Shown here in pieces: positions 1 to 10,800 of a DNA stretch of 64,000 nt; positions within the stretch are counted from its first letter, which is position 1, and each line of letters starts with the position of its first letter. The translations under genes were made by a program, and so were the position numbers. The stretch comes from Macrostomum lignano. Lineage: Eukaryota. The DNA lies in NCBI GenBank assembly GCA_002269645.1, contig NIVC01000524.1:1-64000 (forward strand), given 5' to 3'. The notes beneath the pieces are model-generated. The model was not told where the DNA came from. It made no database searches and saw nothing but the letters and a program-made list of their open reading frames with translations.

Positions 1-1273
1 TACTTTGTTCTGTTTTTCATAGGATGAAGCAACCTCATCCTACGAGTGTACATTCCTTCCAACGGTCCTTGTTCTCAGTGCACAAGTCATGCGACCTCTA
101 CTATCAATCAGCTGGTTGGCAACACCGGGGCAATCGATGATTACCTGACCTGCGCAAATCTTGCAGGCTAAAAAAAGAAGTTAGTTCACATTTTGTGTAG
201 AAAGAAAAGCCTATGTCAATTCGCTTGCAAGCCATTGCTATAAAAATTGCATATCGAGGTGACGAGATCCGTGTTTACTCTTGGCAAACTTGCACCGAGG
301 CCGTGCAATAGAGGCCGGTGATTATTAATATTGTTTTTAGTCCACCCCTGACGCAATTGTCATTCGAGCAAATTGCTAATCAAACGATTTCTCTATGAAG
401 CTTGCTGTTTCCCTAACGGGGCTTGTATGGTCTCTGCATACACTAATCTGCTAGCCGAAGCGTGCTTAGATAAACTGACTCTGGCCAGCGCGCGTTCACC
501 TGCTTGATCCCGAGCTAAAAATCTATTTGAGGCTCTGCAGCTAATATCCTAGAAGTTTTCACTGTGGCACAACAAACGCAATTTGCCTAAAAAAACCCCA
601 TACAAAGCGCCATCAATGCAGCAGGCCTGAGCATGTGCGGTCTATTTGCTCACTAACATGCATACAAGACCTGTGTGTGTTAGCTTTGCGTGTATGCTCT
701 ACAACTCCCGTATGCTATATAGAGAGTAAAGGCTTATACAGTGGACACCCTGCGGTGCTTGTGGTTTACAGCTTCTTATTAATTTTCTGACGTCGACATC
801 CCAAGCGGAGGAGCTCAGGCCAGCTACCAGAAGATGGAGGGCCTCGCCCGTCAAGATCGATATATTCATGCGTTTAAAAGCTTACACGCCAAATCTGAAG
901 CACTCTCTCCACTTCTCTGTTCCTCTGTTTTCTCAGCTCTCTTAAGTCTGGAACCAAGAAAAAATTAAGAAAGCATGCAAAGCCGGGCGCTTGAAATTCG
1001 ATTATCTAATATTACTACTATATGGACTAGGCTATAAACAACAGGGTCCATAATGCATTTTAAATTCGACGCCTGTTTGTCGAAACATGTAGCTATATAA
1101 GAGCCGTAGCTAACTGCAGGCGTTGAATATTTCATTTAAACGCTCCGCCCTTGTCTGTAGCTTAGCTTAGCTTAGCGGAGTCGACGGGACTATTTTTTGG
1201 ACACGTTTATATACATGTAGCTATAGATAATTTCAACCGCGCAGGATGTGCCACATGTGAGCTGCCGTCATTC

Positions 1274-1969
1274 TACGAGGGTTGTCCCAGAAATAGCGGA
1301 AAAACTGGTACAGAGGCTGATTGTGATATTCGAATTTGATGCAACTTGCGTCATAAGTAAAAAAATCCAATGCTTGTTTTGCTTTTTAAATGGGGTAAAA
1401 ATGCCAATTCATTAAAAAGTTTGCCTATAATTAGAGCAAGGGGTAGGGGGTAGAGTTACACCAAGTCGAGGGGTCTGCAAAGTCGGTCACGCAGCATCGC
1501 CATCGCCCTTGACTGATGACTTTTCGACGAAGTCAACCCTCAGCCTGTAGCCTGCAGCTGTTCTGCTTCTGCTTCTGCTTCAGATTAGCTCCTGCTTTTT
1601 TCGAGGGCTTATGTGCTCTTTTGTTTCTCTTCAGCTTCTTTGTTTGCTTCTGTTTTCGAATCGATGGTTCTGACCATAGATATTATATAACTGTATAGTT
1701 ATATAGTTATATAGTATCTATGGTTCTGACTAAGCATCAAAAGTTTAGTCTATGGCCAGCATAGTAGGCTCGACTTGGTGTAACTCTACCCCCTACCCCT
1801 TGTTCTAATTATAGGCATAACTTTTTAATGATTTGACATTTTTACCTCATTTAAAAAGCAAAACAACCATTGGATTTTTTTCTACTTATGACGCAAGTTG
1901 CATCAAATTCGAATATCACAGTCAGCTTCTATACCGGTTTTTCCCGCTATTTCTGAGACAACCCTCGTA
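1274..1969. mobile_element. Non-autonomous Tc1/mariner-type MITE with ~197-bp terminal inverted repeats and TA target duplication
   Basis: 1274-1470 (TACGAGGGTTGTCCCAG...CCAAGTCGAG) is the imperfect reverse complement of 1769-1969 (CTCGACTTGG...GACAACCCTCGTA). TA flanks both ends. The TA|CGAGGG start resembles mariner TIRs. No transposase ORF in the ~300-bp spacer. Confidence 0.8.
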
Positions 1970-3844
1970 CTACTGTAAATTTGTATGTAGAAATCATGTA
2001 AGTATTCTACACGTGTACTCGTCCGATATAAAAACAGGTGTTCAAGTATGATTAGATGCACACATGGCTATATATGAAGCTCGCAAAGTCACGGACTTGT
2101 GCGGCTTTGTGAGCATCCTTCTCGTGCATTCACTTGCAATATTCTCGTCATTCGACACTGGGATGAACAATATTCGGTAGGAAAGCCATGCATTCATGAA
2201 TTGTGAAGACAAGAAGATTGGCATATCATCCTGTCCCCCTTGATCATGCACGCCTTGCTGCCTGAATTTGCACATTCTCCACGGACTGCATTGGGCGGAA
2301 GACTGGGAGATGGACCTGCTCATTGTGGAGCTTGAATGGTTGGCAGATTGCCATCAGCCTGCACTGCAGTATCTTGAGCATTCATCTGCTTGCCTCATGA
2401 ATTTCATCGGGCTCGGATCTGGCTCATTCCCTCTTCCTACACCGACCGGACCGCAATTTTATGATCTCAAGCAGACTCGAGTAGGGCTGGCTGTCGTATT
2501 CGACATGGGACCCGCGGCGGCGGGTGAATGAAAAGCATAAAAAAGCAGCGTTCGTGCTCTCTTGTTCCGCCGCCCGATCCCGGCCACTCTCGGACCGTCC
2601 CTTGCTTCCTCCCGACGGAAGGGGCTCTGTGAGCTGCACCCGATTTCATAATTCAGATGGCTGCGTTGCAAGGCTATCAGATTGATTTTTATAACAATGC
2701 CATCTTTGTAGAATAAACTATCCCATGGGGAGTTTGGTCCTGGATTTTCGATCGCAATATTTTTCTGATGCATAGCTCTCGGAGATTAATTAACAACAAA
2801 GCAATTACTTCTGGGAATGACGGTTGCTTTAACACACCGATGTTCTTTTATGTGAGGCAATTGGGACTGTTCCACAGCTTTACCAGAGGGTTGAAGACCA
2901 CTATAGAGGACTTTGGCTGTGCCAGTAAGTATAAAGATGATGTTGTACAGGACTGGACTCTGCTCCGATTGACTAAACTCTCAAACTCTCAAACCTAGCA
3001 AGTAAGAAAACGCTCTAAGGTAAGTCCAAAATGCGCGTTGCACCCTGTGTCATCTGCCAAACAGACCACTTTTTACTGGCTCAGTCTCCCAACCAGAGGC
3101 TCTGAATTTATCAATCTGAAAAAATATCAGCCAGTTTTTCCAGACAGACTAAAACTCGAACGTGTGCAGCCCCTGCCAGTGCCTGCAGCTATATAATCTG
3201 TGGCATTGGCTTCCATCCTCATTCCTGCTGCAGCAGCAACTTCGGGCTTTCGTCAACTGGATGCAAAAACTCCCACTGTATGCGTCCACGGCGAGGCCCT
3301 TAGAGGCATGTCAATCAGCACTGCAGACCACTACAATGCCCATGCAGTATTCTCCCGTAGCTACGAGTAAGTAATTGAAGTAGAAAATAGGGATGCTCTT
3401 TTTGTCACCATTTAGCCAGTTGAATTGATTTATTTTATTGATAGTTATGTATTTCTGCATTAAATGAACCTGCGTGAGCAAAAAAAGTAGAATTAGACTT
3501 TTTCAAGACACAATATGATTTTACAACTTGCTGCTTCCACTTCATTGCAGTTTTGCCATTCGCTTTAGCCAGTTGTCCGTGACACACCAACTCAGTTGAG
3601 TACCGTACAGGCATCAAACCGTCACCGAGAGCCAATCAAGCCGCTGTTTCGCCTGCCATTGGCCGTCTAGGGCTAGGCTTCCAAACTATCCGCGTATAGT
3701 CTTGCTACCTCTCTTCCCGTTTTTAAAATATCCCCACTGCCTACCCGACGCCAGCATTCCCTCTCGCGGACTTCTAATCCATTTCCTTCGCGATCGCGCC
3801 ATACAGAGAATCAGCAGAACCGAAGAGCTGCCGGCCTCTGTTGA

Positions 3845-5848
3845 ATGAAACGCAGAAGTCGACAGGACGCGGAACTCGCTGTCGCAATTGCAGCGCCCGA
3901 CAGTGCGGCAATGAACAGCGCCGTGACTCTCCCGCTGCACAAGTACACCGTCCAGACCAATAATCGGGCCGTCGAGGCCGACGCTGACCCCACGGATGCC
4001 GACGCGGACGCGGCAGCCTCTGCTGTAGCTTCTTTTGGAGCGGCGACTGCCGGGCAGTCGGACTTGGCCCCAGTCCGCAGCGCCCTGCACCGCCAGTTCA
4101 TCTGCTTCTGCGAGAACACCACTATCCGAGGAATTCCGCGCATCATCAAATCGGAGAGCCGGCGCATCCGGTTACTCTGGATCTTCTTTGTGGTAGCCCT
4201 GTTCGTCGCTTGCATCCTCTGTCTGTCCTTCTTGACGCTGCAGTTCATCGAGTACGACGTGATGCACCCGCCCAGGGTGCTGAAAGACTACAGCTCGCCG
4301 TTTCCCTCCGTAACGCTCTGCAATATGCGACCGCTTTCCTCTGAGGGCCGGCAGCAGCTGCGCCAGCAGGGCTGGAAATATCCGCGCGACTTCTCCGAAT
4401 CGTTGGAACTGTTCGCCAGGAACCTGTACTTCTATAACGAGTCAACGAAGTACGTTTACTACAACTTCTCCGGCTCGATGGGTTTCCCAGCCTACCTGGA
4501 GAGCCTGCCAAGAAGCGCCAGCCGCGACATCGGGCACACTCTCCAGGATTTTATTCTCGACTGTCGGGCGGTCATCCGGAACGGCAGCGCCCGCAACCTG
4601 AAATTCTGCAGTCCCGAGTACGTCTGGGGCGGCAAAGGCTCCGACATGTTCGCCGGTAACTTTCACGCCTTCCTGCACGGCAACTACATGAATTGCTACA
4701 CCTTGGACTTGCACGAAGAGTTGAGGGACAACACCACCATGGTAGAGATGGCCGTCTACCTAGACAACGAATGGAACCTCGACAATTTCAACTGCGTGGA
4801 CTGTTACACCATGGACATCAGCACGCAGCTGTCTGGAGCCGTGCTCACCATCCACTCGGGCGACACCTACCCGGACGTAAATCACGAGGCCATCCACCTG
4901 AAAGCCGGCTCCCTGACTGAGGTGAAGCTCAAACACGTGTTGAACGTTCAGAAGCAGGCGCCCTACGGCCGGTGCTCGCAGGACACGCAGAGGAACCTTA
5001 ACCTGTTCGGTCGGGAGTACAAATACAGCGAGGACGCCTGCCGACAGGCCACAATCCAGCGGGACATTCTCAATACCTGCGGCTGCCAGGCCATCGAGTA
5101 TCCGCTGGTGCGCGAATCGAATTTCACCTACTGCACCGGCCTGGAGGAGTTTCTGCGCAGCGACGGCTGCAACTGGGCCACGGCCGAGAACGATCAGAAA
5201 CGGCTGGCCGACTGCAGTGCCACCCTGCAGAAAGTCTACGGCTATATCCGCTGCAAGAATGACGTCATTTCCAAGTACTCCAAGGACGTGGTGGAGAGCT
5301 GCACGCTGCCCTGCTCGTTTTACAGCTACCAGACCGAGCGGTCGACATCCGACTGGCCGACCAGGTCGTTCCAGCTGCGCCTGCTCAACAGCCGGGTCTA
5401 CAGCCGCCTGCTGAACAGGAAGGAGATGAAGGCCTACAGGAAGGCTATAGAAAAGCTGAATAACAACGGCAGCATCCAGGAGGCCTACGAGATGCTGAAG
5501 CACGAAAACCTGCTGGAACGGAACCTGCTGTCTATCCAGCTGATCCGGCCGAACTTCGATCTGCACAAGGTTGAGGAAAAAGAGGTCCTGTCTCTGACCT
5601 CCTTCCTGAGCCAGATTGGCGGCTTGTTCTCTATATTCGTCGGCCTGACAATGATCTCCGTGGTAGAGCTAATCGACTTTTTCATCCACTGCTACGAAAT
5701 TTGCACCAGGCAGAGCCGCGGCGTTGGCGGAGCCTCCGCCGTCAGGAGGTGCGATGGAGCGGCCAGCCGCTCGGAGGCGGACGTCCTGCTGCCGGCTGTG
5801 GCCGCCGGGCCGCGACCTCATCAGAAGCTGCCGAATGCTGACAGCTGA
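3845..5848 (+). CDS. DEG/ENaC (ASIC-like, amiloride-sensitive-type) channel subunit, 667 aa, single exon
   Basis: Pre-TM1 FCENTTIRGIPRI, TM1 (LLWIFFVVALFVACILCLSFL), FPSVTLCN motif, GNCYT-like MNCYT, Cys-rich thumb (YSEDAC...CGC...C...LPC), pre-TM2/TM2 SFLSQIGGLFSIFVGLTMISVVELI. AATAAA at 6388-6393. The actual start Met is uncertain. Confidence 0.93.
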   Translation: MKRRSRQDAELAVAIAAPDSAAMNSAVTLPLHKYTVQTNNRAVEADADPTDADADAAASAVASFGAATAGQSDLAPVRSALHRQFICFCENTTIRGIPRIIKSESRRIRLLWIFFVVALFVACILCLSFLTLQFIEYDVMHPPRVLKDYSSPFPSVTLCNMRPLSSEGRQQLRQQGWKYPRDFSESLELFARNLYFYNESTKYVYYNFSGSMGFPAYLESLPRSASRDIGHTLQDFILDCRAVIRNGSARNLKFCSPEYVWGGKGSDMFAGNFHAFLHGNYMNCYTLDLHEELRDNTTMVEMAVYLDNEWNLDNFNCVDCYTMDISTQLSGAVLTIHSGDTYPDVNHEAIHLKAGSLTEVKLKHVLNVQKQAPYGRCSQDTQRNLNLFGREYKYSEDACRQATIQRDILNTCGCQAIEYPLVRESNFTYCTGLEEFLRSDGCNWATAENDQKRLADCSATLQKVYGYIRCKNDVISKYSKDVVESCTLPCSFYSYQTERSTSDWPTRSFQLRLLNSRVYSRLLNRKEMKAYRKAIEKLNNNGSIQEAYEMLKHENLLERNLLSIQLIRPNFDLHKVEEKEVLSLTSFLSQIGGLFSIFVGLTMISVVELIDFFIHCYEICTRQSRGVGGASAVRRCDGAASRSEADVLLPAVAAGPRPHQKLPNADS

Positions 5849-6949
5849 CGGGAAATCCGATTCACTCTTGGCGACTCTTGACTGGTTGAGCAGAGGATTG
5901 GGACTTTGAGATCCATGGTGAAGGGTCGGCAAGGGCCTCAAAGGAGGAGTTTCTCTCGTCCGAGCATGCCGGACACTGGAAACATTTTCCAATTTTTGCT
6001 GATAGATCCCGAAGGTCCTTCAATCTGTTGATAGAAAAGAAGTTCACCGGGACATTGGGTCAGTGAAAAGACAGTAGATGTAAATGTATTCTCCCGCTGT
6101 TAGCTGTTGCTGTTGAGGTCAGGCGGTTCCCCATCTCTAGATACTATATTTCAGTAATTCATTGTTGTAACTCACTGTTGCCATGGTTGCAGTATCCTCA
6201 TTTTTGGTATGAATCAAAATCAACTTTTTTGTGTTCGTGCTTATATAGTTTTGTCTGGTCTCTCTGGCTGTCTCTATGGAGGCCTCGCCTATTTTAGCGT
6301 CGTCAATTATCTAGCTAGAAGAGCCCAGTCCGGCTGGCTGATGCAGTGCTGCTCTCTATAAAAATCAATCGATAGCTTATTAGCAGAAATAAAACCTGTG
6401 GAAGAAACTGAGCGATTCGGGAGCTTAGCATTGGACTCGAAGATGTCTGTTTTTTTCGTTTTTACGCTACATATCGGTAACTGACCCTACAGTTTATTTT
6501 GCTTGCTGGGGTGGGGGGATTTGTGGACTGCTAGGCTTTCTCTCAAAATGCAGTTATTTAAATTCTAATAACTTAAAAATTCAGAGTCAGCTATAAAAAC
6601 CAATGAGGTTTTTAACGAAAGCATGGAGTGGAATTGTTAGGTAGCTAATTAACTATGCGTTTAAAGGCTGCTGTCGCGAGCAATACCCAAAAAAATACTA
6701 GGAATAATAAATCAAAGCAACGAACCCATTCGCCGGGGGAGAGTAGAGGGGACGACAGAAAAAGAAAGCAACGATTTAATCCGTTTGTTTCATACTGAAG
6801 CAGCCAATTCCCAAATGACTTGCACTAATGGGGCGGATCTGAACGGGCCTTAGAAATCGCCTCTGCTTTTTATGTGTTTCAATGCCTGCCTTTTTAATTT
6901 ACTGAGGGTTGCCTTATTTTTTAGTAATTAATAAAAGAAGTAACGAGGC

Positions 6950-7857
6950 AGAAATGAGGGTGAGATGGGGGAAAGGTGAGGGAGAGATGAGGGAGAGGAG
7001 CAGGAGAGGTGAGGGAGAGATGAGGGAGAGGAAAGGGAGAGGAGCGGGAGAGGTGAGGGAGAGGTGAGGGAGAGGAGCGGGAGAGATGAGGGAAAGGTGA
7101 GGGAGAGATGAGGGAGAGGAGCGGGAGAGGTGAGGGAGAGGAGCGGGAGAGGTGAGGGAGAGATGAGGGAGAGGAGCGGGAGGGTGAGGGAGAGGTGAGG
7201 GAGAGGAGCGGGAGAGGTGAGGGAGAGGAGCGGGAGAGGTGAGGGAGAGATGAGGGAGAGGAGCGGGAGAGGTGAGGGAGAGATGAGGGAGAGGAGCGGG
7301 AGAGGTGAGGGAGAGGAGCGGGAGAGGTGAGGGAGAGGAGCGGGAGAGGTGAGGGAGAGGAGCGGGAGAGGTGAGGGAGAGGAGCGGGAGAGATGAGGGA
7401 GAGGTGAGGGAGAGGTGAGGGAGAGGAGCGGGAGAGATGAGGGAAAGGTGAGGGAGGGATGAGGGAGGGGTGAGGGAGAGATTAGGGAAAGGTGAGGGAC
7501 AGATAAGGGAAAGGTGAGGGAGAGGAGCGGGAGAGGTGAGGGAGAGGTGAGGGAGAGGAGCGGGAGAGATGAGGGAAAGGTGAGGGAGAGATGAGGGAGA
7601 GGTGAAGGAGAGGTGAGGGAGAGGTGAGGGAGAGATGAGGGAGAGGTGAAGGAGAGGTGAAGGAGAGGTGAGGGAGAGATGAGGGAGAGGTGAAGGAGAG
7701 GTGAGGGAGAGATGAGGGAGAGGAGCGGGAGAGGTGAGGGAGAGATGAGGGAGAGGTGAAGGAGAGGTGAGGGAGAGGTGAGGGAGAGATGAGGGAGAGG
7801 TGAAGGAGAGGTGAGGGAGAGGTGAGGGAGAGGTGAGGGAGAGGTGAAGGAGAGGTA
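6950..7857 (+). repeat. Purine-rich minisatellite (GAGGGAGAGGTGA / GAGGAGCGGGAGAGGT variants, ~15-bp base period)
   Basis: Directly visible tandem array. It produces the spurious SPSPLPHLSLT minus-strand ORF. Confidence 0.95.
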
Positions 7858-7894
7858 GGAGATAATTAACGGACATGATAGGCAGTGGAGTAGA

Positions 7895-10800
7895 CTAAAG
7901 AAACAGATGGAGAAGAAGGAAAGAGGCTATTAGGAGACAGGTCGGTGAGGCAGTGGCAAGAGAAGCTGCTAGCAGCGACCGCCGGTTCAGCGTCAGACGA
8001 GCTGAATTCGCCGCTGCCAGCTCGGCAATGTCTGGCAAACTGCTGCTTGAGCAGCTCGGCAGTTTGACTAATCCAGCAGCAGCTCTCCCCAACCAGCATA
8101 GGGATTTCGTGGGTATCGGGGAAGAGGACTGCTGCCTCCCCCCCCCCAGGTCCAACCCCAACCACTGAGATCCCTTCCCCAATCCCGGCCTAGAATCCAC
8201 GCGCACAGAGAGATCAATGCTGCACCTCGCTGGCCGAATCCCAGAGGACTGTGGGGCAATCAATTTGTTGTAAAACAGGACTGTCTGGGATATACTTGCG
8301 CGCGGAGTTATCCCAGGAAAATCCTGCAGCCGGATAATAGTGGAAGCAGAGAGGCGAACGACAATCTGAACTGTGGAAGGCTCGGAGACAAACGACGGCA
8401 TAAATTGTAGATTTTATTGCAATTGCGGTTGTGTGCAGGAGGGCCTGCTCAGGCAAAGTGGATTTTATAATTACTGCTCAAGCGGCTAGGCTTGGCTGCT
8501 AAAAAGTGATTTTTTATTATTCGGCGACAGGGCAGTTTTATTAGCTTAGCTGTGGCCAAATGCTGTCCTGATGGGGTCTGTGACAGTGGCCTCGCTTGTC
8601 CGGTCCGCTGGACTGTAAAATTGCTTAATTGAGTCTGTAAGCCTCACCCTCGGTGGAGGGCTTAATGAATGAGCAGAAGTGATAAACGAGTTACAGCAGC
8701 ATTTATAAAGTCGAGAAAACAAAGCGATTAATAAAATAACCGATGTGAGATAAAAATAACCGATTTTTTTCCAAATAGAATCTGTGAGAACAATGAGCAC
8801 GAGGGAGTGAGGACAATGGAAAAGATGCAAAGGAAGAGGAGAGAGAGAGAGAGAGGGAGAGAGAGAGAGATAGAGAAAATTAAGGGAGACAAGAGAGAGG
8901 AGAGAGAATTGAGGGAGACAAGAGAGAGGAGAGAGAATTGAGAGAGACAAGAGAGGGAGAGAGAATTGAGGGAGACAAGAGAGAAGAGAGAGAATTGAGG
9001 GAGACAAGAGAGAGGAGAGAGAATTGAGGGAGAAAAGAGAGAGGAGAGAGAATTGAGGGAGACAAGAGAGAGGAGAGAGAATTGAGGGAGACAAGAGAGA
9101 AAAGAGAGAATTGAGGGAGACAAGAGAGAAGAGAGAGAATTGAGGGAGACAAGAGAGAGGAGAGAGAATTGAGGGAGACAAGAGAGAAGAGAGAGAATTG
9201 AGGGAGACAAGAGAGAAAAGAGAGAATTGAGGGAGACAAGAGAGAAGAGAGAGAATTGAGGGAGACAAGAGAGAAGAGAGAGAATTGAGGAAGACAAGAG
9301 AGAAGAGAGAGAATTGAGGAAGACAAGAGAGGGAGAGAGAGAATTGAGGGAGACAAGAGAGAGGAGAGAGAATTGAGGGAGACAAGAGAGAAAAGAGAGA
9401 ATTGAGGGAGGCAAGAGAGAGGAGAGAGAATTGAGGGAGACAAGAGAGAAGAGAGAGAATTGAGGGAGACAAGAGAGAAGAGAGAGAATTGAGGGAGACA
9501 AGAGAGAGGAGAGAGAATTGAGGGAGACAAGAGAGAAGAGAGAGAATTGAGGGAGACAAGAGAGAAGAGAGAGAATTGAGGGAGACAAGAGAGAGGAGAG
9601 AGAATTGAGGGAGACAAGAGAGAAGAGAGAGAATTGAGGGAGACAAGAGAGAGGAGAGAGAATTGAGGGAGACAAGAGAGAAGAGAGAGAATTGAGGGAG
9701 ACAAGAGAGAAAAGAGAGAATTGAGGGAGACAAGAGAGAAGAGAGAGAATTGAGGGAGACAAGAGAGAGGAGAGAGAATTGAGGGAGACAAGAGAGAAAA
9801 GAGAGAATTGAGGGAGACAAGAGAGAGGAGAGAGAATTGAGGGAGACAAGAGAGAAGAGAGAGAATTGAGGGAGACAAGAGAGAAGAGAGAGAATTGAGG
9901 GAGACAAGAGAGAAGAGAGAGAATTGAGGGAGACAAGAGAGAGGAGAGAGAATTGAGGGAGACAAGAGAGAAGAGAGAGAATTGAGGAGACAAGAGAGAG
10001 AGAGAGAATTGAGGGAGACAAGAGAGAGGAGAGAGAATTGAGGGAGACAAGAGAGAAGAGAGAGAATTGAGGGAGACAAGAGAGAGGAGAGAGAATTGAG
10101 GGAGACAAGAGAGAGGAGAGAGAATTGAGGGAGACAAGAGAGAAGAGAGAGAATTGAGGGAGACAAGAGAGAAGAGAGAGAATTGAGGGAGACAAGAGAG
10201 AGGAGAGAGAATTGAGGGAGACAAGAGAGAAGAGAGAGAATTGAGGGAGACAAGAGAGAGGAGAGAGAATTGAGGGAGACAAGAGAGAGGAGAGAGAATT
10301 GAGGGAGACAAGAGAGAAAAGAGAGAATTGAGGGAGACAAGAGAGAAGAGAGAGAATTGAGGGAGACAAGAGAGAGGAGAGAGAATTGAGGGAGACAAGA
10401 GAGAAGAGAGAGAATTGAGGGAGACAAGAGAGAAGAGAGAGAATTGAGGGAGACAAGAGAGAGGAGAGAGAATTGAGGGAGACAAGAGAGAAAGAGAGAA
10501 TTGAGGGAGACAAGAGAGAAGAGAGAGAATTAAGGGAGACAAGAGAGAAGAGAGAGAATTGAGGGAGACAAGAGAGAGGAGAGAGAATTGAGGGAGACAA
10601 GAGAGAAGAGAGAGAATTGAGGGAGACAAGAGAGAAGAGAGAGAATTGAGGGAGACAAGAGAGAAGAGAGAGAATTGAGGGAGACAAGAGAGAGGAGAGA
10701 GAATTGAGGGAGACAAGAGAGAAGAGAGAGAATTGAGGGAGACAAGAGAGAGGAGAGAGAATTGAGGGAGACAAGAGAGAAGAGAGAGAATTGAGGGAGA

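Noticed and set aside
20-42. Small inverted repeat TAGGATGA...TCATCCTA
   Set aside because: 8-bp arms are expected by chance in 64 kb.
2042-2460. Possible decayed RT fragment on the minus strand (MLKILQCRL...)
   Set aside because: The resemblance is too weak and no diagnostic motif is recognisable.
4760-5566. 268-aa antisense ORF and other overlapping ORFs within the channel and WAVE genes
   Set aside because: These are shadow ORFs of GC-rich coding sequence.
6177-6190. X-box-like GTTGCCATGGTTGC
   Set aside because: Only one good half-site, and it lies downstream of the channel gene rather than at a promoter.
6659-6680. TTAAAGGCTGCTGTCGC as a Kolobok-like terminus
   Set aside because: No matching inverted end was found in the window.
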